Assembly (NCBI RefSeq): GCF_001186125.1
Contig: NW_014040205.1
Coordinates: 51,757-71,756, forward strand
Origin: Sphaeroforma arctica JP610
Lineage: Eukaryota
Reading direction: 5' to 3'
Length of the DNA stretch: 20,000 bases
Shown: positions 14,077-20,000 of the stretch, in pieces
How the letters are laid out: every line of letters begins with the position of its first letter
Numbering within the stretch: the first letter of the stretch is position 1
Notes under the pieces: model-generated
What the model saw: the letters and a program-made list of their open reading frames with translations, nothing else
Told to the model about the DNA's origin: nothing
Database searches by the model: none
Position numbers and translations under genes: made by a program

Positions 14077-14575
14077 TAGGCCGACCGCACCGGTGGTAAA
14101 AATCCGGATTTAAAAATCCGGTGGGGAAAAATGAATTCTGTGTGTCTATTGGTCAACTAGATTTTGAATTTATAACGGGTGCGGTACTTTTCAAAAATCG
14201 GTTCCGGCGCCCAATTGCTCCAGTTACTCCAACTTTCGACATATATTTGACATCAATATTCAACAATCGGTGGCGTTACGTACAAACTTCTTAATTTTTT
14301 TTAAATATGCAGGTGTCAAAAATACATGGACAAAATTTTGAAATTTAAGCCACTCAGAGAAGAGTATATTTATAGTTTCGGATTTTGTTAAACGGATTTT
14401 GTTGATCTAAAACAGAGTTAAAAATCCACTTTTCAAAAGTCGAGACCGGATTTTGTTGCCGGTGCGGACGTATTTTCAAAAATTCATTAAAAAATTCGAT
14501 TTTGTTGGACGGATTTTGTCACCGGTGCGAAAAAAAATGTAATTTACGATATTATGTGTTTGTCCACCGGTCCTA
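14077..14575. mobile_element. MITE-like / non-autonomous DNA-transposon remnant with inverted subterminal repeats
   Basis: Left arm CCGCACCGGTGGTAAAAATCCGG (14085-14107) is nearly the reverse complement of CCGGATTTTGTTGCCGGTGCGG (14446-14467) and CGGATTTTGTCACCGGTGCG (14510-14529). AAAATCCG motifs cluster on the left and CGGATTTT motifs on the right. Possible termini TAGG...CCTA. No ORF and no clear target-site duplication. Confidence 0.5.
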
Positions 14576-15239
14576 TGACCTGTAGGCTATGCCCAAAGAA
14601 TTGTGAGTGGACTTTAAAAAAAGGGACAAATGATACCTTGTGGTGGTGGTGAGAAACTGAACACTCTAGATTATTAGATCTCGAGGAGAAAATCAAGTTC
14701 CTATACATAAATACGTGATACGACTCGTAAATTTAGCGCGAGAGACCCTGATCCAGGACCAGAGCCTCCAGAGGGCAGAGGGAATTTGAACCTATTTTTC
14801 ATAAAAAAAGTTCGCTGAAACCGTTTCAGGGTAAACGAAATTGCGGGACATACATAAATAGGCATTAAATAGGCGGCAGCCGGCGTCCGACATAAGATAT
14901 GAAATTTAAAGACACTTTTGTGTGTACTGTGTAGCTGACTTAGACTAGCTGAGGCCTGAGGCCTGAGACTTGAGAGTGATGAGACTGGTCTCTCCTCTCT
15001 CTCTCTATTAAGCCGCGTTTAATTTATGTATCGCATAAATGCTTGTGCATAATCTTCAGGACTGAATTGTTTTAAAGGCTTCTTAAAATTTTGGGATCAG
15101 TGGCTGTTGCGGCTTCCGTTAGTAACTTCCAAGTTTCAAGTCGGAAACAATAGCAGGACCGTTTAGACACAAAACTGACATGGTATCTGTAGCCATGTAT
15201 ACCTATAAATCGAGATATGTTTCTGTGTATATGTTATAC

Positions 15240-15447
<208 letters not shown>

Positions 15448-16463
15448 GTGTGTATATACTTTCACCTATATATTACTTTAATTTACCTTATCTTACCTTA
15501 CCTTTTCTTACTTTACTGTTCTTCTCTTCCTATTTGACATCGATGGCACTGGAGATGTACGATAACTAGCTCAAGAATGAACCTAGTTGTAGATTGAATT
15601 CGTCGGAATATTGAGGGATGCGTCTCCAAAATCAAAAGACAAAATTCAGGATAGCGCGACTTTACAAATGTTCCTGGTCACTCGAAGAGAAATTGAAAGT
15701 CGAACAATAAAGTAGTAGTCAGTTATATTCAGAGGAAATTTGCGCTGTCATTTTCACCTTCTATTGTGATATGAATACACAGTGTAGCCCTCACGCGTTG
15801 CAATGGGTACTGTTCTGGTGATGATAAGCGTAAAAAGTACGACTTTTATGCCGAAAATTCAACACACACATGCCTCGACATTAATTATAATATTGCAATC
15901 AAGCAGCATACATCCTTATTGTCTTTATCGATACGTTATTCGTGCAGCCCTCGCGATCCTCGGCAAAATTCTGAAATGCTTTTTACGAAGGGTGACAAAT
16001 ATAGTTTGAGTCAGTATCACCGTCTCACGGATGATAACGATCCTGAAAGGTCAAAGGAATATCACCTTGAACTCAGCCATTGAGTGCAAGGTGCAGTGCT
16101 AACGGACAGGCTTTCTAATTGATTTTGTGAGCTCGACTATCGTTCCGAGGAACAATTTGTGCGGCCGAATGCACATGGCCTAAAAGGTGTGGGTGAAAGG
16201 TGTGGGTGATTGTATTAGCCCAGTGGGTGTTCACTGTGTAGCCTTCAAACTGCAAACTTTCGTTGCTTGCAAGCTTCGGTCGATTGGGTAGATCATGGTA
16301 AATTGCTCTCGACTTCTAGATGTTGCTGTCAGTTGTCACCGAGATATAGTTATTCTTGCTGATAGGACTGATTGTGCTGATAGTTTTACGTACCGGCGCT
16401 CAGCGGGTGTCAACTGTGTCCCCCCGCTTCGAGTTTCAAAATCACCAACGCGTTGGCAGCCGA

Positions 16464-16622
16464 TATATCAAGTTTGCAGATATCAATCCTACTTGTATGA
16501 CAAAAACAAAATCCTAGTGACAGTGAATTTAACATACAGGCATTGACTACCCTTTTCGCTATATCAATTTTGCAGAGATCAATCCTACTATTTGACATAC
16601 AGGCATGAACTACCCTTTTCGC
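16464..16622. repeat. Tandem duplication of a 63-bp unit, first copy interrupted by 33 bp
   Basis: A (16464-16493) + 33 bp + B (16527-16559), then A' (16560-16589) + B' (16590-16622). A/A' = TATATCAA(G/T)TTTGCAGA(T/G)ATCAATCCTACT; B/B' = ATTT(A/G)ACATACAGGCAT(TG/GA)ACTACCCTTTTCGC. Confidence 0.9.
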
Positions 16623-17355
16623 ACCCCATATCTCCAAGCGCCTGCAGTCCCGCTACTTGTACCGTTGTGCGATACAGATGGGTCGCAAATTGCCACAATT
16701 GAACAGTAAATACCGTTGCTGCTGTCGATCTAAAGATTGACGCAGGCTACGTACTCCCAACGTACCTTCACAGTCGTTGGTTATAAAGCCTCTTATCTCC
16801 TGAGATTTAAAACTATCGTTCGAAAGCAATGCATGCTTGTTCAGAAGGCGCAGCTCACGGGGGTCATACGCTTCTTCCAGCACCATGCGCTTGCACATTA
16901 TGAAAGTGAATTGTCGATTGCTTTGTTAGACTGCTCGAATGCCGACAGACATATCACATCTACGGCACGGTTCTAGTGCAAGGCTAAATCTGTCCGAACC
17001 GCATTTGCCACCGTAGAATACGCTTTGGGCATATCGGTGCGAGCTTATCGTAAATACCAAGATTGTTACTTCTTTCAACCAGTTTGGATACCACAGAAAC
17101 CACCGCGTCAGTGCGCACTTCTTGTATCTCCTGTGCCCATAATTAAATTGGTAACGTGACGAGTCGATGTGGAGTCAATTCTCTGCCGTCGAATATGGCT
17201 CGAAACTGGACTAAGATAGTGGGTGTAAAAGTCTCTCCGAGCTGATCGTTCAAATATGAAGGTTGAATAATATTATGTTAATCGGAAAAGTCTTCACTCT
17301 TGATCTGCATACGGCACAGGACAGACAGCGCGATGGTTTGTACAGTGATGCTTAT

Positions 17356-19444
17356 CTACCATCCGCCCTGTTGCTTACGGGCGAAATCTAATATGGTAGG
17401 TCTGCGATACGTATCCAAACGAGAATAGCACTTGTCCCAGCTGGTGGCGTTGATGTAGTCTATCTCAAGGTTGAACGGACCCTGCAAGATATAGGTGTTT
17501 CTTTAAGATCTCTACATCTGATAGATACCGTTTGCGCACATATAACGGATAAGAATGTAGCGTAAGAAGCCTTGTGCACCAGCTGCAAACAATTAGTGAA
17601 GGTTGGGATGGGATACATGTACCCAGAAGAGAGGTCTAGTCCACTGGTAGTATATTACACCCCTATCTATCTCTCTAGACTCATTCCAAAAAATTATATA
17701 GGGCAAGGGTTAAATAGTTATACTTTAAAAAAAAGCCAAGACATAGGGCAAACAAAGCATAAGTTGTGTGGGTAAAAATGACAGAAAGGTCTTTTTGCAA
17801 CATACATCCAATCTGTCGGCGAGAAGGAAGCCGATAGTGCGTACATTCGACGCATTCAGGACTACTTGATGATTCTGCATGAAACCTCGGAACGTCAGCG
17901 CAAAGTCTCGCAGCGGCAACTGATGTGTGGTAAAAGAAACAATTATTGCTTTTAGATGTGCACGGAAACTGATGTATAGGTAAGAGACTGAGTAAACCTT
18001 ACGATGTCTTTGTAACGAGCCCGGCTCATTCCCACTGTCGGTTCACCGAGTCTAGCACATTCCACAATCGTTCGGAAGCAAATTGGTATGTCCTCAAACT
18101 TGGCTGGTCATATGTAGCGGTTACTGCTACTTACTCTTACTGTCTCCCAGTCAGGACCTCCTTTGGTATATAGAAACGTCTGATAAAGGTCTTGCTCCTG
18201 GATGCCTTGTACGTCAAGGACGATCGATTTTATGTATAGTAGAAGATGCCGTGAGTAGATTGAATTGTGTTCAAGCCCTTGCGATAATTTGCGAAGTAAA
18301 AGTCGGGAAACGAGCTACGAAGTGATGGATATGCCGAAACAAAATACTTATACACACTATCGCAAACTTTCACATCATTTTTAGAGAAGACCAGTGGAGT
18401 TCGCCGATGCGCAATTACTTTGTGGGTTAGCCCTTACCATCGGTCTGGATATTCACCGCATAAGCTCTGCCATCCCCACGTAGGCGAATTTCGAGAGAAT
18501 CGAAGTCAGAGAGATCGTGGTTTCCTCGTATTTTGAATAGTTCACTCTTGTCTGCTAGAGGCTAAGGTAAATATTCAAATAATTTATAATCCATATACAT
18601 GCGTTTACCAGCGGATGTTTACGCAGAGCAATCACAAACAAGCGGCAAAGAATCATAGACTCGTGCGAAACGCACAGCCTCGAATTAGCCTCTTGCTGAC
18701 AATTCCTGCCCAACGACCGTGTCGATGTTAAAAATGAAGTACGAATAATCGCCAAAGTATCTCACTGACGCTGAGGTGAAACGCCCTCAGTAGCCCGAAC
18801 TGGCGCGGAGAGCGTGACAGACACCACTTATCAGCGTACAGAACTGCTGTTCAGAAACAACGAATGTTATCATGTAGCCACAAGAATTTATTGTCATTTT
18901 TAAAATAATCGAATACAAAAATGTAATATATAATCAGTCACAATAATCGTTCTATTGACACAGACACGTGCGGAATCACCATCACAAATATCGGTTGCGC
19001 ACAACGCAGAATGACAACTTCTTACCTTCGAACGCAAGGCACAGTAGCCACTATTTTTCATGGTCGCCGGCACAGCGGTTGACAGTGTCCCCCGGAATAA
19101 GACTGTCGGTGTAAATTCAATAGCGCACCAGTTTAAATTCCGTGATAGATAATACAACAGCACATAACGGCCTCCTACTACACCCAGCTCTAACGTTTAG
19201 ATCAATAACTGAGTGAAGCCTGCCAACAGGACAGTGCTTGTTATAACATAAATTTTAAAATATACAATGCTCGCTAAAAAGTGATAATCTGCACAATACA
19301 TACCAGATTCCCTAGCAGAGAGCACTTTCTCAGCTTTAGAAAATCCCCCCATGGAAGCATCGGATGTTACCACCCATTTAGAAAGGTCGGTACTATTGCG
19401 GAACGAAAAGAGGCGGCAACTAGTGGCTATTTCACCGGACAGCC
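17356..19444 (-). CDS. NDUFAF1: Complex I intermediate-associated protein 30 (CIA30/NDUFAF1), 5'-partial; exons 19444-19304, 19102-19026, 18561-18438, 18205-18135, 17919-17806, 17481-17356
   Basis: Six phase-compatible GT-AG exons give LFSFRNSTDLSKWVVTSDASMGGFSKAE...VLFRGTLST...SGYCALRSK...DLSDFDSLEIRLRGDGRAYAVNIQTD...LYQTFLYTKGGPDWETVRLPLRDFALTFRG...VRTIGFLLADRLDGPFNLEIDYI, collinear with the CIA30 domain. Stop TAG at 17358-17356. Upstream exons appear to lie beyond the window. Confidence 0.93.
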
Positions 19445-19537
19445 CTGGATGAATATACAGTATACAAGTGAGACACGATTCAGACATACTACTATATGAA
19501 CATTATATAAATATATATATTTATATATATACATACA

Positions 19538-19591
<54 letters not shown>

Positions 19592-19676
19592 TATATAATA
19601 AAATACATAATATATATATATATATATACATTACATACATACACAACATATATATATACATATATATATATCATAC

Positions 19677-19719
<43 letters not shown>

Positions 19720-19863
19720 CTAATATTTATATATATGTATGTATCAATATATATATATACACACACACATATATAAATATATACATGGCTATTTCACCGG
19801 ACAGCCATGGATAAATAAACAGCATACAAGTGAGACGCGATTCAGACATGCTACTACATAAAC

Positions 19864-19865
<2 letters not shown>
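19424..19865. repeat. 80-bp direct duplication (19424-19503 and 19786-19865) spanning an NDUFAF1 intron/exon boundary
   Basis: Ungapped alignment with 8 mismatches in 80 nt, offset 362 bp; each copy is followed by TA-rich microsatellite. Confidence 0.92.
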
Positions 19866-19908
<43 letters not shown>

Positions 19909-20000
19909 AATAAATATATGCGTATATATATATATATTTATAAATATATATATATATATTTATATATATACATTTGAATATATATATATATACGTATACA
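19504..20000. repeat. (TA)n-rich microsatellite tracts in an NDUFAF1 intron
   Basis: Directly visible TA runs either side of the duplicated 80-bp block. Confidence 0.95.

Noticed and set aside
18764..18790. Hammerhead ribozyme-like CTGA...GAAA with a hairpin in an NDUFAF1 intron
   Set aside because: The core reads CTGACGC rather than CTGAnGA, and stems I-III cannot be built.

Overview
Eukaryotic, intron-rich genomic DNA with GT-AG introns, long (TA)n/(CA)n tracts and two 20-N scaffold gaps. Most ORFs in the supplied track are microsatellite or antisense artefacts. Manual splicing gives three protein genes: (1) + strand, 3 exons, a secreted polysaccharide lyase family 14 (alginate lyase-like) whose GGKLPG motif sits on a 20-nt micro-exon; (2) - strand, 12 coding exons, ~741 aa chromatin-type protein joining an acidic N-terminus, a HARE-HTH winged helix, an INO80E/TBRG1-type coiled coil and FYRN/FYRC domains, an architecture I do not recognise; (3) - strand, the last 6 exons of the complex I assembly factor CIA30/NDUFAF1. 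An RNase MRP RNA gene, invisible to the ORF track, lies on the - strand at ~13457-13748. It has an apparently truncated P3 and a hairpin just upstream, and may be hosted in a 5' intron of gene 2. A degenerate repeat array and a MITE-like inverted-repeat element flank it. Gene content and repeat style suggest a unicellular opisthokont such as an ichthyosporean (inference only). All family calls come from motif recognition by eye; no database search was run.
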